From Candidatus Pacearchaeota archaeon (lineage in GTDB: Archaea > Nanobdellota > Nanobdellia > Pacearchaeales > GW2011-AR1): a stretch of 64,000 bases of DNA. The position numbers were made by a program, and so were the translations under genes. The first letter of the stretch is position 1. Each line of letters starts with the position of its first letter. Under the pieces are notes generated by a model. The model had not been told where the DNA came from, made no database searches, and saw only the letters and a list, made by a program, of their open reading frames with translations. Shown piece by piece: positions 25,723-35,191 of the stretch. Location of the stretch: positions 127,269-191,268 of the forward strand of contig JBNLBP010000001.1 in assembly GCA_050302495.1 (NCBI GenBank). The letters are read 5' to 3'.

Positions 25723-26649
25723 CTATTTTGTTTTGAATTCTACAATGTCCATATCTTTGATTTTGTGCTTTAATCCCACTACTTGTCCGCCAAATTTGGA
25801 TGAAGGCCCCCAAATTTTTGTTTGAACTATTTTTGATGAGAATCCTTTGAGTATTTTTTCTGCAACATCGCTAATTGTGGAGTTCGGGGGTAGTATCATT
25901 GGACGATTCTTATTTACTTCTTTTCCTGGTTCTTTTGTGTAAACTCTGCAAACCTCAAAACTCTGAAATATTTTTTCTTTTAGAATTTCTATGCTGTCAT
26001 AATCTTTTGTTTTGGTGGAAATTATTATTGAAGGGTATTTTTTGTATTTTGAATTCAAGGTCGCTTGTAATTTTCTTTTTTCATTATTGGATAATTTGTC
26101 CGATTTGTTTAGGACAATTAAGATTTTTCCTTGGGTTTTTAGTTCCTTTAGTATGCTATTTAGATCTTCTAAATTCTCTGAAACTATTATTACTAAATCT
26201 CCTGTGTAAACCACTCCTTTATCATAATATTCTGAATCTATTGGTGGAACTTCTACCATTTGAATACTTGTTGTTTGGTATGACATCATACCTATTTTAG
26301 GAGATATTGTTGTGAATTTATTCTCAGAAATTTTTGGTTCGGCATTTGTAAGTATTTTTAGAAGAGAGGATTTTCCTGAATTTGTTTTTCCCACAATTAC
26401 GCATTGCATTTCTTCTTTTTTTATACCTGTTTTTGAAGAAGACTTTCCAGAACGTTTTTGTTTTTCTAATTGATTTTCTAGTTTTTTTCTCCGGGTTGTA
26501 AGTTGTTGTCTTAGATTTTCGGCCCCCTTGTGTTTTGGAGCGTGAGAAATCATTTTGTTTAGTGCAAGAAGTTGTTCATCCACTGTTTTTGCTTCATGAA
26601 ACCATTTTTCGGCTTTGCTGTATTCCGGATCGTTTACATTTATTGGCAT
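25723..26649 (-). CDS. DRG/Obg-family GTPase with C-terminal TGS domain
   Basis: G1 motif VIVGKTNSGKSS. C-terminal TGS-like segment ending VVGLKHKIKDMDIVEF. Confidence 0.7.
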   Translation of the reverse strand: MPINVNDPEYSKAEKWFHEAKTVDEQLLALNKMISHAPKHKGAENLRQQLTTRRKKLENQLEKQKRSGKSSSKTGIKKEEMQCVIVGKTNSGKSSLLKILTNAEPKISENKFTTISPKIGMMSYQTTSIQMVEVPPIDSEYYDKGVVYTGDLVIIVSENLEDLNSILKELKTQGKILIVLNKSDKLSNNEKRKLQATLNSKYKKYPSIIISTKTKDYDSIEILKEKIFQSFEVCRVYTKEPGKEVNKNRPMILPPNSTISDVAEKILKGFSSKIVQTKIWGPSSKFGGQVVGLKHKIKDMDIVEFKTK

Positions 26650-26685
26650 TGTAATCTTTTTAAGGGCATTTGTTTTAAATTCTTT

Positions 26686-27471
26686 ATGGGAGAATCTAGT
26701 CGAGAAGAAATATTTGAGAAAGTGGTTCAGAAGAAAGAATTTTCTGATCTACCTAGAAAGGATGTGGAATTTGCTTTGAATAAATTTTACAGGGATGATA
26801 GGCCTGATTTTCAAATAATTAAATTGACAAGAAATTTTTTGAGAAAAATCTATTCTTCTTTTTCTAGCCATAAGTTGCTTAATTCTAACTATAAGAGTGC
26901 GGAATGGGTGTTAATGAAACACAAATCAACTAAAGAAAGATATAATTTTTACGAAGACATTTATGACAAACTCTTGAGGGGTTATAATAACTCAAAAACT
27001 TTATCGATTATAGATCTTGGGAGTGGCGTTAATGGTTTTAGTTTTGAATTTTTGAGAAAAATAAATAAAAATGTAGAATATGTTGGGGTTGAAGCTATTG
27101 GTCAACTTGGAGGTCTTACAAATTCTTTTTTCAAAAAAAATAATTTTCAAGGAAGAGTGGAGCATATCAGCCTTTTTGATTGGGAATCTCTTGAAAAAAT
27201 TATTTCAAATCAGAAAAAACCTTGTGTTGTGTTTTTATTCAAAGTTATTGATTCTTTAGAATCTATGGAAAGAAACTATTCCAAGGAATTGTTGAAAAAT
27301 CTGGTCCCTTTGGTAGACAGAGTTGTTGTTAGTTTTGCTACTAGGAGCCTAGGAGATAGAAAAAAATTTAGTGTTCAAAGGGGTTGGCTTTTGAAGTTCA
27401 TAAGGGATAATTTTAATTTAGCTGATGACTTTGAGCTTGGTGGAGAACGATACCTTGTTTTAGAATCTTGA
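26686..27471 (+). CDS. SAM-dependent methyltransferase (class I fold)
   Basis: Motif I IIDLGSGVNGFS and downstream VEYVGVEA. The later ATG removes the track's 77-nt overlap with the convergent GTPase gene. Confidence 0.5.
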   Translation: MGESSREEIFEKVVQKKEFSDLPRKDVEFALNKFYRDDRPDFQIIKLTRNFLRKIYSSFSSHKLLNSNYKSAEWVLMKHKSTKERYNFYEDIYDKLLRGYNNSKTLSIIDLGSGVNGFSFEFLRKINKNVEYVGVEAIGQLGGLTNSFFKKNNFQGRVEHISLFDWESLEKIISNQKKPCVVFLFKVIDSLESMERNYSKELLKNLVPLVDRVVVSFATRSLGDRKKFSVQRGWLLKFIRDNFNLADDFELGGERYLVLES

Positions 27472-27508
27472 ACACAAGTTTTATAAAAATGACTTATCAT
27501 TATAATTT

Positions 27509-27790
27509 ATGGTGAAGTTTAATATTAATTCTCAAGGAGAGTCTGTTCCGCAACAAACTTCTAAAATCTCTTCTGCGAAAGTTTCTAAACCGACTAAGCA
27601 AGTTGTTAGTAAACCTGTTCAGAAAACAGCTCAGTCTTCTCAGCTAGTTAAACCTGTTAAACCAGTAGATCAACCTCAAACTGTCCAAGGAGTGACAATA
27701 CCTAAGAAGAAGTCTTGGGCTTGGCTTTGGTTCTTGTTAGTTTTCCTTTTAGTGGGTGCGGGTCTTGTGGTTTATTTCTTTCTCTTTTGA
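27509..27790 (+). CDS. small secreted/membrane-anchored protein with low-complexity K/P/Q-rich region and C-terminal TM
   Basis: Track ORF. C-terminal WAWLWFLLVFLLVGAGLVVYFFLF. Confidence 0.35.
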   Translation: MVKFNINSQGESVPQQTSKISSAKVSKPTKQVVSKPVQKTAQSSQLVKPVKPVDQPQTVQGVTIPKKKSWAWLWFLLVFLLVGAGLVVYFFLF

Positions 27791-27798
27791 TAGTTAAA

Positions 27799-29001
27799 AT
27801 GGACTTTAAGAAGAAAGTTTTAAGTAACGGTATGACTGTTTTGTTTGAGAAAAGGGATTTGCCTATTGTGTGTGTGGCTTTTGCAGTTAGGGCTGGAGGC
27901 ATAAATGAATCTTTAGATGAGAAAGGCATCTCTCATTTTATTGAACATATGCTTTACAAAGGAACACGTAAGAGGAATTCAAAAAAGATTTTCTCTGATA
28001 TCGAAAAGAATGGAGGCGAATTAAATGGGTTTACTTCCGAAGAGGTAACTGCTTTTTGGTGCAAAATGCCTTCAGATAAATTGCGTATTGCTCTGGATGT
28101 TTTATCCGATATGGTTAAGAATCCAAAACTTGATAAGAAAGAGTTAGGTAAGGAACGGAGGGTTATTTTTGAGGAAATTAAAATGAGAAGAGATAATCCT
28201 CAAAAATTTGTTTTGGATGGTATTCAGAAATCTTTGTATGGAGGGTCATTGGGTGTTGATCTTATTGGGACCGAAAAGAGTCTCGGCTCGATAAATAGAA
28301 AAAAAATCTTAACAAAATTTAAGAGGCTTTATACTTCAAACAATCTTATTCTTTGTGTTGTGGGGGATGCTAAATTTTCTGAGGTTGTTAATTTTGCGGA
28401 GAAGAACTTTTCAAGAAAAGAATCAAAGGTTCCAGAGGAAAATATCTCTCTTAAGAATGAGGTTAAGTTTGAGAAACGTCTTGGTCTTGATCAGGCTAAT
28501 TTTGTTTTTGCTTACCATGTTCCTTTTTTTGATGATAGAGGGGTTTATGCTGCTAGAATCTTGAATACTTTAAGTGCGGATGGGATGTCTTCAAGATTAT
28601 TCACAGAAATAAGGGAAAAAAGAAATCTCGCTTATTCAATAAATGGGATGTGTGATCAGAATAAGAGATATGGCCACAATCTTATTTATGTGGGGTCCAA
28701 AAAAGAGAATGTGCCTGTTATACGGAAGCTTATTTTGCTTGAATTTAAGAAAATTGCAAAAAATTTGAAAGAAAAAGAATTGAACGAAGTAAAGAAACAG
28801 TTGATTGGACAATATAGGCTTTCTATGGAAGATTCTCAAAATCAAATGGTTAATTTGATTGCTTCAGAAATAAGGGAAGGTGCAGAAAAATTTTATGATT
28901 TTGAAAGGAAGATAAAATCTGTTAGGCTTGATGAGGTTAAAAAATTGGCTTCAAGTGTTAAGGAAGGGAATTATAGTTTACTTGCTCTCATTCCAAAATG
29001 A
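27799..29001 (+). CDS. M16-family zinc peptidase (pitrilysin-like)
   Basis: Inverted zinc motif HFIEHMLYKGT (HxxEH). The ATG at 27799 is chosen over the track's alternative start at 27715. Confidence 0.78.
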   Translation: MDFKKKVLSNGMTVLFEKRDLPIVCVAFAVRAGGINESLDEKGISHFIEHMLYKGTRKRNSKKIFSDIEKNGGELNGFTSEEVTAFWCKMPSDKLRIALDVLSDMVKNPKLDKKELGKERRVIFEEIKMRRDNPQKFVLDGIQKSLYGGSLGVDLIGTEKSLGSINRKKILTKFKRLYTSNNLILCVVGDAKFSEVVNFAEKNFSRKESKVPEENISLKNEVKFEKRLGLDQANFVFAYHVPFFDDRGVYAARILNTLSADGMSSRLFTEIREKRNLAYSINGMCDQNKRYGHNLIYVGSKKENVPVIRKLILLEFKKIAKNLKEKELNEVKKQLIGQYRLSMEDSQNQMVNLIASEIREGAEKFYDFERKIKSVRLDEVKKLASSVKEGNYSLLALIPK

Positions 29002-29051
29002 GTTTCTAAAACAATAATTTTTTTAAAGCAGGTTAACTCTTGAAATCTAGG

Positions 29052-29606
29052 ATGAGATGTTTTGTTTCAATTGAGTTTCCTGAACACGTACGTTCAGAAA
29101 TCTTTCATTGTTTTGAGAAAGTAAAAGAATCTGGATTTTGCTCAGGCAATTTTGTGGGGAAGGATAATTTGCATCTTACTTTGACTTTTTTGGGGGAATT
29201 AGATGAAGACCGGCTTGAGATAGCTAAAAAAGTGTTGGCTAAAATAGATTTTCGAAAATTTCCAATTGAGACAGGGGGAGTTGGTTTCTTTCCTAGCGAG
29301 GATTACATAAAGACTATGTGGGTTGAAGTTGTTTCTCCAGAAATTATTTCGTTGAGAGAAGAAATTGAAAGATCTCTTAGAAAAGAAGGGTTTGAATTTA
29401 AGGATATGGAGTTTGTTCCCCATCTTACTGTTGCTAGGATAAAGAGTATTAGGGACAAGGATCGTTTTAAGGATGTACTTGGTGAAATTAGACTTCCAAA
29501 ATTATTCTTTATTGCAGAGGATTTTGCGCTCATGAAATCTCATTTGATGAAGTCAGGACCAGAATACAAAGTTTTAGATCGTTTTGGAATGAGAATTAGG
29601 CAGTAA
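29052..29606 (+). CDS. thpR: RNA 2',3'-cyclic phosphodiesterase (LigT/ThpR, 2H family)
   Basis: Two H-x-T-x motifs: HLTLTFLG and HLTVARI. Confidence 0.78.
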   Translation: MRCFVSIEFPEHVRSEIFHCFEKVKESGFCSGNFVGKDNLHLTLTFLGELDEDRLEIAKKVLAKIDFRKFPIETGGVGFFPSEDYIKTMWVEVVSPEIISLREEIERSLRKEGFEFKDMEFVPHLTVARIKSIRDKDRFKDVLGEIRLPKLFFIAEDFALMKSHLMKSGPEYKVLDRFGMRIRQ

Positions 29607-30320
29607 TTAATATTTCCTTTCAATGATTTGTCTTATATAGTTTGCATTTTTCCCAAGTATTTTTTCAAGTTCTTCTGTTGGGGCTAAGATTATATTTTGT
29701 ATTGATCCAAATCTTTCTAAGAGTTTTTTAGAAGTTTTAGGTCCTATATTTGGAAATGATTCTATTATAAATTGTAGTTGCTCTTTTTTGTTGAGAGTTT
29801 TCTTCTTTCCATTTAGAGGAATTTCTCTATCACGCTTCTTTGATAGGACCGAGATAAATTTTGCTGTATCTGAAGGACTTTTTGTATAGGCAATGGGGAT
29901 TTTGTGTTTTAGAAGTATTGAAAGGATAAAACCTCTTATAGCGTTTGGGTTTATCCCGTTATCTAGTTCTTCCGAATAGAGATTTCTTTCTTCAAAACCT
30001 TCTATTATTAGTAGTTTGTTTTCAAATTGTTTTAGTTCTTCAATTTGATTTATTAAATGGTTGTTTGTCATTGAATTTAAAAAATCTTGAATTGTTTTTC
30101 TTTCAATTACTATGTCTTTAACAATGTAATCTCCAACTTTTAGTTCTCTTACTTCTGTTTCTAAATTAAGTTTTATCAATTCTAAAGGTACTGTTGAATT
30201 TTTTTCACGATAATCGATAATTATTTTTTCAAGGGGTTTTTCTGAATTTTTTATTTGGGTTTTTCTTACTTCTCTTTTTGTGAATATATCATGGATTGGT
30301 TTAGAATTTAATATCTTCAT
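29607..30320 (-). CDS. XPF/ERCC4 nuclease domain plus HhH2 (Hef nuclease half)
   Basis: ERCC4 motif VIERKTIQDF. C-terminal HhH2 FPNIGPKTSKKLLERFGS. Overlaps the Hef helicase ORF by 4 nt. Confidence 0.78.
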   Translation of the reverse strand: MKILNSKPIHDIFTKREVRKTQIKNSEKPLEKIIIDYREKNSTVPLELIKLNLETEVRELKVGDYIVKDIVIERKTIQDFLNSMTNNHLINQIEELKQFENKLLIIEGFEERNLYSEELDNGINPNAIRGFILSILLKHKIPIAYTKSPSDTAKFISVLSKKRDREIPLNGKKKTLNKKEQLQFIIESFPNIGPKTSKKLLERFGSIQNIILAPTEELEKILGKNANYIRQIIERKY

Positions 30321-31897
30321 AGTGTTCTTTGGGATTCTTGTTTTTCTTTACTAAAATCTATTCCTGCTTCAAGGTCTTTTTGTATTTTTTCTATTGCGGT
30401 CTTCATTTTCTTTTCTCTTGCTCGTGAAGCATAGAAGAAGAATTCATCTCTTGTTCCTTTAGTTATCAGAGTTATTAGTTTTCCTTTACTTAATCTTGCT
30501 GTACGCCCTGCACGTTGTATTGACCTTATTGCACTTGGCACGGGTTCATAAAATATAACCGCATCTACTTCTGGAATATCAAGCCCTTCTTCTGCTATTG
30601 AGGTTGCTATTAAAATATTTATTTTCCCTTCCCTGAATTCCTCTATTATTTGTTTTTGTTCTTTTTGTTTAAGCCCAATTTTTTCCCCGTTAACTGTTTT
30701 CATTGTTTGGCCAATGAAGATTTTTGGCTTAGAATTTGGAATTCCTTTTAGTTGATCGTTTAGTTTTTTTGCAGTATCTCTAAATTGTGTGAAGATTATT
30801 ATCTTTGGAATTTTGTTTTGCGTATCTGAAAATTCGTTTTTTATTATTTCTCCTAATTTTTCTACTTTTGGATGTTCTTTTTCCCCTGAAAGAAGCTCTG
30901 ATGATTTTGTTTTTATGAATTGGAATTCGGGTCTTGATACTAATTTTACAACACCTTTAGATTGTTTTTTTGATGCTTGTTTTATTAGTTCTCCTAAATA
31001 ATTATTGAAACTTGTGAGTGTTTGTGTTTCTAACAATTCCATCGCATGGTGTAACTTTATTGCTTGTGCACATGCTGAAGCTCCAAGCATGTAATTGAAA
31101 TTATTTCCTGAGTGTCTTGAGATAGTTGCAGATATTTTTTTTTGTAGTTCTATAAGCGTTATTTTTGTGGCGTTGCCAAAAAGGATTTTTCTTACTTTTA
31201 ACTCATCAATATATTGATCTATTAATTTGCTTAGTACATGTTTTAATTCTTGGAATTCGGGAGGGAAATCTACAAATATCTTTTCAAATTCTAATTCTTG
31301 TAAGTAGGGTTTTACATCTGGACTTTCTCTTGTACGCAATTCTACTTTATTTATTGAAAGATTCCTACAGATTTCTTTTATTTTTGAGGCTTCGGATCCA
31401 GGGGAGGCAGTTAAACCAATTATTCTTGGATGTGCTGATTGTTCTTTGTATTTTTGAGCTATGAAGTTGTAATCATAATTTTTCATACATCTATGGGCTT
31501 CATCTTCAATTAGAAGGCAGACTTCGTTTAAATCGTAGAGGTTCTTTTTAAGGTCATTAGCCACACATTGAGGTGTGGAAAAGATTATATCTGCTGTCTT
31601 CCAAATCTTTTTTCTTTCTGGTGCCTTTACACTTCCAGTAAATAGTTGTATATCTCCGAACAGTTCGGGTAGATTTTTTTTGAATGAACTTAGATGTTGT
31701 TCTGCAAGAGGTTTTGTGGGCGCTAGAATTACAACCTTTTCTCCAGGAAATTCTTGCATTCTTTGGATAGCCATCATTAATGCGATTAGTGTTTTTCCTA
31801 AACCTGTAGGCAGAACTACTAAACAATTCTCTTTTTTACATGATTCGAAAATCTCTTTTTGGTATTCTCTGGGTTGTATGTTTTGTAAGAATTTCAT
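30317..31897 (-). CDS. hef: Hef/FANCM-like SF2 helicase (Hef helicase half)
   Basis: Motif I PTGLGKT, motif II IEDEAH and motif VI QRAGRTAR. Hef-type insertion domain between the RecA folds. Confidence 0.82.
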   Translation of the reverse strand: MKFLQNIQPREYQKEIFESCKKENCLVVLPTGLGKTLIALMMAIQRMQEFPGEKVVILAPTKPLAEQHLSSFKKNLPELFGDIQLFTGSVKAPERKKIWKTADIIFSTPQCVANDLKKNLYDLNEVCLLIEDEAHRCMKNYDYNFIAQKYKEQSAHPRIIGLTASPGSEASKIKEICRNLSINKVELRTRESPDVKPYLQELEFEKIFVDFPPEFQELKHVLSKLIDQYIDELKVRKILFGNATKITLIELQKKISATISRHSGNNFNYMLGASACAQAIKLHHAMELLETQTLTSFNNYLGELIKQASKKQSKGVVKLVSRPEFQFIKTKSSELLSGEKEHPKVEKLGEIIKNEFSDTQNKIPKIIIFTQFRDTAKKLNDQLKGIPNSKPKIFIGQTMKTVNGEKIGLKQKEQKQIIEEFREGKINILIATSIAEEGLDIPEVDAVIFYEPVPSAIRSIQRAGRTARLSKGKLITLITKGTRDEFFFYASRAREKKMKTAIEKIQKDLEAGIDFSKEKQESQRTL

Positions 31898-31944
31898 TTT
31901 AGGGTTATAGAAAATAAATCTGGTTTATATTAATTTTGGGGCTG

Positions 31945-32625
31945 TTATATTAGGAAAAATACATATCCTATTCCAAGAAGTGTTATTAGTGCTAATACAT
32001 TCCAAAGTGCAAGATTTCCAAAGAATATTTTGTTTCCATCTAGATCTGAAAGAGGAATCATATTGAAGAATGCAAGGTAAATATTTATTTTAGATAATAG
32101 GGGGAACCCAATCAGATAACCAATTACCGCAACAATCAGGTTTAGGATTATTCCTGCTGCTGCAATATATCCTATATGGTCCTCTGTCATTTCTGAAAAT
32201 GAATAATATCCGTGACGCTTTGCAACACGCCATGATTTTGGTTTGACATCAAAGACAAGCGAAGCCATCCACACCAACCCTTGGAAAGGGAATAAAATTA
32301 TTTTTGAGATTAAAGGGATTAGTAATCCTGCAGGAAAAGGGGTTTTTGTTTTTTGCCTTGCTTTGTATCCATATCTTTTGAATTCCCAAAGTCTTATTTC
32401 TATTTCAGATTCAAAGAAGTATGCCGCTACTTTTTTTGCTAATGAATTTATTAAAATTGCAATAAATACAAACAATAATGTATACAAGAATAAATTCCAG
32501 GTTTCTATTAAGGTACTTGCAAACGCAATAAATATTGTTACAATCACCATCCAAAGTAGTTCTTTTCCTTTAAGCATTGTTAATTGAGGAAGATATTTTT
32601 TATAAAGCTTATTATATCTTCTCAA
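31945..32625 (-). CDS. polytopic membrane protein with S2P/M50-like NxxPxxxLDG motif, no HExxH seen
   Basis: FNMIPLSDLDGNK resembles the third conserved motif of site-2 proteases. No HExxH was found by eye. Confidence 0.35.
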   Translation of the reverse strand: MRRYNKLYKKYLPQLTMLKGKELLWMVIVTIFIAFASTLIETWNLFLYTLLFVFIAILINSLAKKVAAYFFESEIEIRLWEFKRYGYKARQKTKTPFPAGLLIPLISKIILFPFQGLVWMASLVFDVKPKSWRVAKRHGYYSFSEMTEDHIGYIAAAGIILNLIVAVIGYLIGFPLLSKINIYLAFFNMIPLSDLDGNKIFFGNLALWNVLALITLLGIGYVFFLI

Positions 32626-32678
32626 AATCAGTATTGTTATGACGAAATATTTATAAATAAGTTCAGAGTCATTTTAAC

Positions 32679-32948
32679 ATGAGGATAAAAAAGGTATCAG
32701 AGGTTATAGGAACAAGAGTTTATACAGATTCTGCGGATTACTTTGGAGAGGTTGAAGAAGCTAATCTTTCTGAAAATAAAATTGATGGATGGAGAATAAA
32801 GGTGGGGGGTAGCGTTCTTTCTATAATTGGTGGTGCTCGAGGAGTTATAATCCCTCATAGCTTTGTTAAGTCTATAGGTGATGTTTTTATTATAAGTAAG
32901 GCTGCATTGCCTAGTCAGGAAAGTGTTGATGAATTTCCTGAAATGTAA
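32679..32948 (+). CDS. PRC-barrel domain protein
   Basis: 89 aa. VIGTRVYTDSADYFGEVEEANLSENKIDGWRI and GDVFII are typical. Confidence 0.55.
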   Translation: MRIKKVSEVIGTRVYTDSADYFGEVEEANLSENKIDGWRIKVGGSVLSIIGGARGVIIPHSFVKSIGDVFIISKAALPSQESVDEFPEM

Positions 32949-32982
32949 TAACATTTAAAAAAGAGAGTTGATTAAATTAGAT

Positions 32983-33495
32983 ATGGCGACAATACTACAA
33001 TCAGATGTGGCGGTTAGATTTATTTACCCGTTTTTGTTGATATTCTTTGTATTATTTGCGATACTTGAAAAGACTAAACTTCTTGGAGAAGGTCAGAAAT
33101 CTATTAATGCTTGGGTTGCGGGAATTATTGCTTTGATATTTGTTGCTGCTGTTACTCCTAAACTTATTGTAGGAAATTTGATCTTATATCTTAGTGTTGC
33201 GTTGATATTAGTATTTGTTGTTTTACTTCTGTGGGGATTTGTATCTGGAAGTGAGATGAAGAGTGGTATTTTCGGAGAAGGTAAATGGTTGAAATGGGTT
33301 GTTGGAGTTATTCTTGTTTTAGGAGCTTTTGTTGTTGTTTCAACTTCTGCGGGTATAGATGTAGGAGGGTTCTTTGGTAAATTGTTTAGTAGTAGTTGGA
33401 GTGAAGCATTTTGGACTAATCTTTTATTCGTGGTTTTGATTGTTGTGGCTTTGGCTGTTGCAATAAAAGGCGGTGCTGGAGGTAATTCAGAATAA
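32983..33495 (+). CDS. hypothetical polytopic membrane protein (paralog of next gene)
   Basis: 5-6 predicted TM segments. Shares GGFFGKLFSS..W pattern with 33497..34099. Confidence 0.4.
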   Translation: MATILQSDVAVRFIYPFLLIFFVLFAILEKTKLLGEGQKSINAWVAGIIALIFVAAVTPKLIVGNLILYLSVALILVFVVLLLWGFVSGSEMKSGIFGEGKWLKWVVGVILVLGAFVVVSTSAGIDVGGFFGKLFSSSWSEAFWTNLLFVVLIVVALAVAIKGGAGGNSE

Positions 33496-33496
33496 A

Positions 33497-34099
33497 ATGG
33501 TTTTGGAGGTGATGTTTTTGGCTTCTTATGGAGGTTTTGGAGGAGGTGCTCTAGGTAACGTTTTTGCTCAGTGGGAAGCTGCTGGAGTTTTTAGTTACGC
33601 TTTGCCTTTTCTTTTGATTTTCGCTTTAGTTTTTGCTATACTCGGTTTTGTTCCTTTGTTCAAAGAGAATAAGTCAATAAATGCGATTATTTCTTTGGCA
33701 ACTGCTTTGATGGCCTTACAATTCAATATCGTTTCAATATTCTTTGCAGAGATTTTCCCTCGATTGGGAGTAGGCCTTGCAATTGTTTTGGTATTGATCA
33801 TACTTTTAGGTTTGCTTATCCAAGATAAGGAGAAAGGAAATCAAATTATAAAATGGATTTTGGTTATTGCAGTCTTAATAATTGCAATTGTTGTTATCTC
33901 TAATTCTCTTGGGAGTGCTGGGTTTTTAGGTTTTGGAGGTGGAGCTTTCTGGAGTTGGATAAGGTTTAATCTTGCGAATGTTATTGTTGTTGTCTTAATA
34001 GTTGCAGGTATAATTGCGGCTATTGCTTCTCAGAGTCCTAAGTCTAAAATGAAAGAAGTTAAAGTTGGGATATCTCCTTTGATGGGTACAGGGCAATAA
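33497..34099 (+). CDS. hypothetical polytopic membrane protein (paralog of previous gene)
   Basis: AGFLGFGGGAFWSWIRFNLANVIVVVLIVAGIIAA parallels the upstream gene. Confidence 0.4.
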   Translation: MVLEVMFLASYGGFGGGALGNVFAQWEAAGVFSYALPFLLIFALVFAILGFVPLFKENKSINAIISLATALMALQFNIVSIFFAEIFPRLGVGLAIVLVLIILLGLLIQDKEKGNQIIKWILVIAVLIIAIVVISNSLGSAGFLGFGGGAFWSWIRFNLANVIVVVLIVAGIIAAIASQSPKSKMKEVKVGISPLMGTGQ

Positions 34100-34110
34100 T
34101 AATTTTAGAA

Positions 34111-34770
34111 TTATTTTTTCTTTGTTTTTGCTTCATATGATTCCGCAAATTTTGGAAGAGTTTTGCTAAATGAATCTTGCATCATTTCCATTTCTTTTTT
34201 GATATTGTTTAAGTTATTTCCATAATTTCCTACTTGTTCTAGTATCTTTATTTGAAGATTGTCAATTATTCTTTCTATTCTTTCAAGTCTTTTATCTGTA
34301 TCAGAAATTCTTGATTCTGCTAGGTTCATAAATTCAGTAATTTTATTTATTTGCTTTTCTGTTTCTTGAGTTTTTTCCGCAAAAACTTGCTCGGAAATTT
34401 CCATTATTGTGCTTGTATCCACACCATATCCTTGTTGAGAGTAGTCTCCCTGGTAAGCTTGAGGAGAATAATATTCTTCTTGTGCTTGGGCAAAATTTTG
34501 TTCGGGATATTGTGTATTTTCTGTATAACTTTGATCGGGATAACCACTATTTTGAGAATCTTCTTCAGGTGTTGAAGGCATATAATTTTCTTCCATTGTG
34601 TTGTTGTTTTCAAGAGAATTTTCTGAGGAAACGGCATTTTTTATACTAAGTTGATCGAACGAATCCTTTATTTCCATGGGAGAAACTCCCTCTTCTCGGA
34701 GTTTGTCGAATATTTTGTTTTCGTTTAATCCCTCTTTTTTCAGTTCATTTATTCTCTCTAAAGTACTCAT
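34111..34770 (-). CDS. hypothetical coiled-coil protein with Q/Y/E-rich low-complexity N-terminal half
   Basis: Track ORF. Divergent from the pilus ATPase operon. Confidence 0.4.
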   Translation of the reverse strand: MSTLERINELKKEGLNENKIFDKLREEGVSPMEIKDSFDQLSIKNAVSSENSLENNNTMEENYMPSTPEEDSQNSGYPDQSYTENTQYPEQNFAQAQEEYYSPQAYQGDYSQQGYGVDTSTIMEISEQVFAEKTQETEKQINKITEFMNLAESRISDTDKRLERIERIIDNLQIKILEQVGNYGNNLNNIKKEMEMMQDSFSKTLPKFAESYEAKTKKK

Positions 34771-34790
34771 GTTTTGTTTGTTTTTAATCC

Positions 34791-35159
34791 TTACTGATTT
34801 TCTTTATTAATCATTTCTAAGGGTTGGAACATTTTTGCTTGTTTTATTAATATGTTTAAATCGTCTTTACGAGCAAATTTTGAGAATTCCTCTGAGATTG
34901 TTTCAATGAACGACTTTATTCTAGTGGAGTCTTTTTTGATCATTTCAATTTCCTTCCTTATTTCGGTTATTGTGTCCCTGAATTGTTCTTTCATTTCTAG
35001 AAGGTTATTACCAATTATTAATGTTCTTTCCTTTATCATTCTCTGTTTTTCTTCTAAATCTTTTAGTCTTATGCTGAATTCAGAGAAATATTGCCCGCTG
35101 TAGTCTTGGTCTGCCATTTTTATAACAAGATATTGTACTTTAAAATTGTTTTTATACAA
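34791..35159 (-). CDS. hypothetical coiled-coil protein (122 aa)
   Basis: Track ORF. Heptad-rich. Confidence 0.4.
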   Translation of the reverse strand: MYKNNFKVQYLVIKMADQDYSGQYFSEFSIRLKDLEEKQRMIKERTLIIGNNLLEMKEQFRDTITEIRKEIEMIKKDSTRIKSFIETISEEFSKFARKDDLNILIKQAKMFQPLEMINKENQ

Positions 35160-35191
35160 AACATTTTAAAGATGGTTGGATTATATGATTT

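Noticed and set aside
26572-26685. Track start of the methyltransferase ORF overlapping the convergent GTPase gene by 77 nt
   Set aside because: An in-frame ATG at 26686 gives a non-overlapping gene with a sensible N-terminus. The upstream portion is hydrophobic nonsense.
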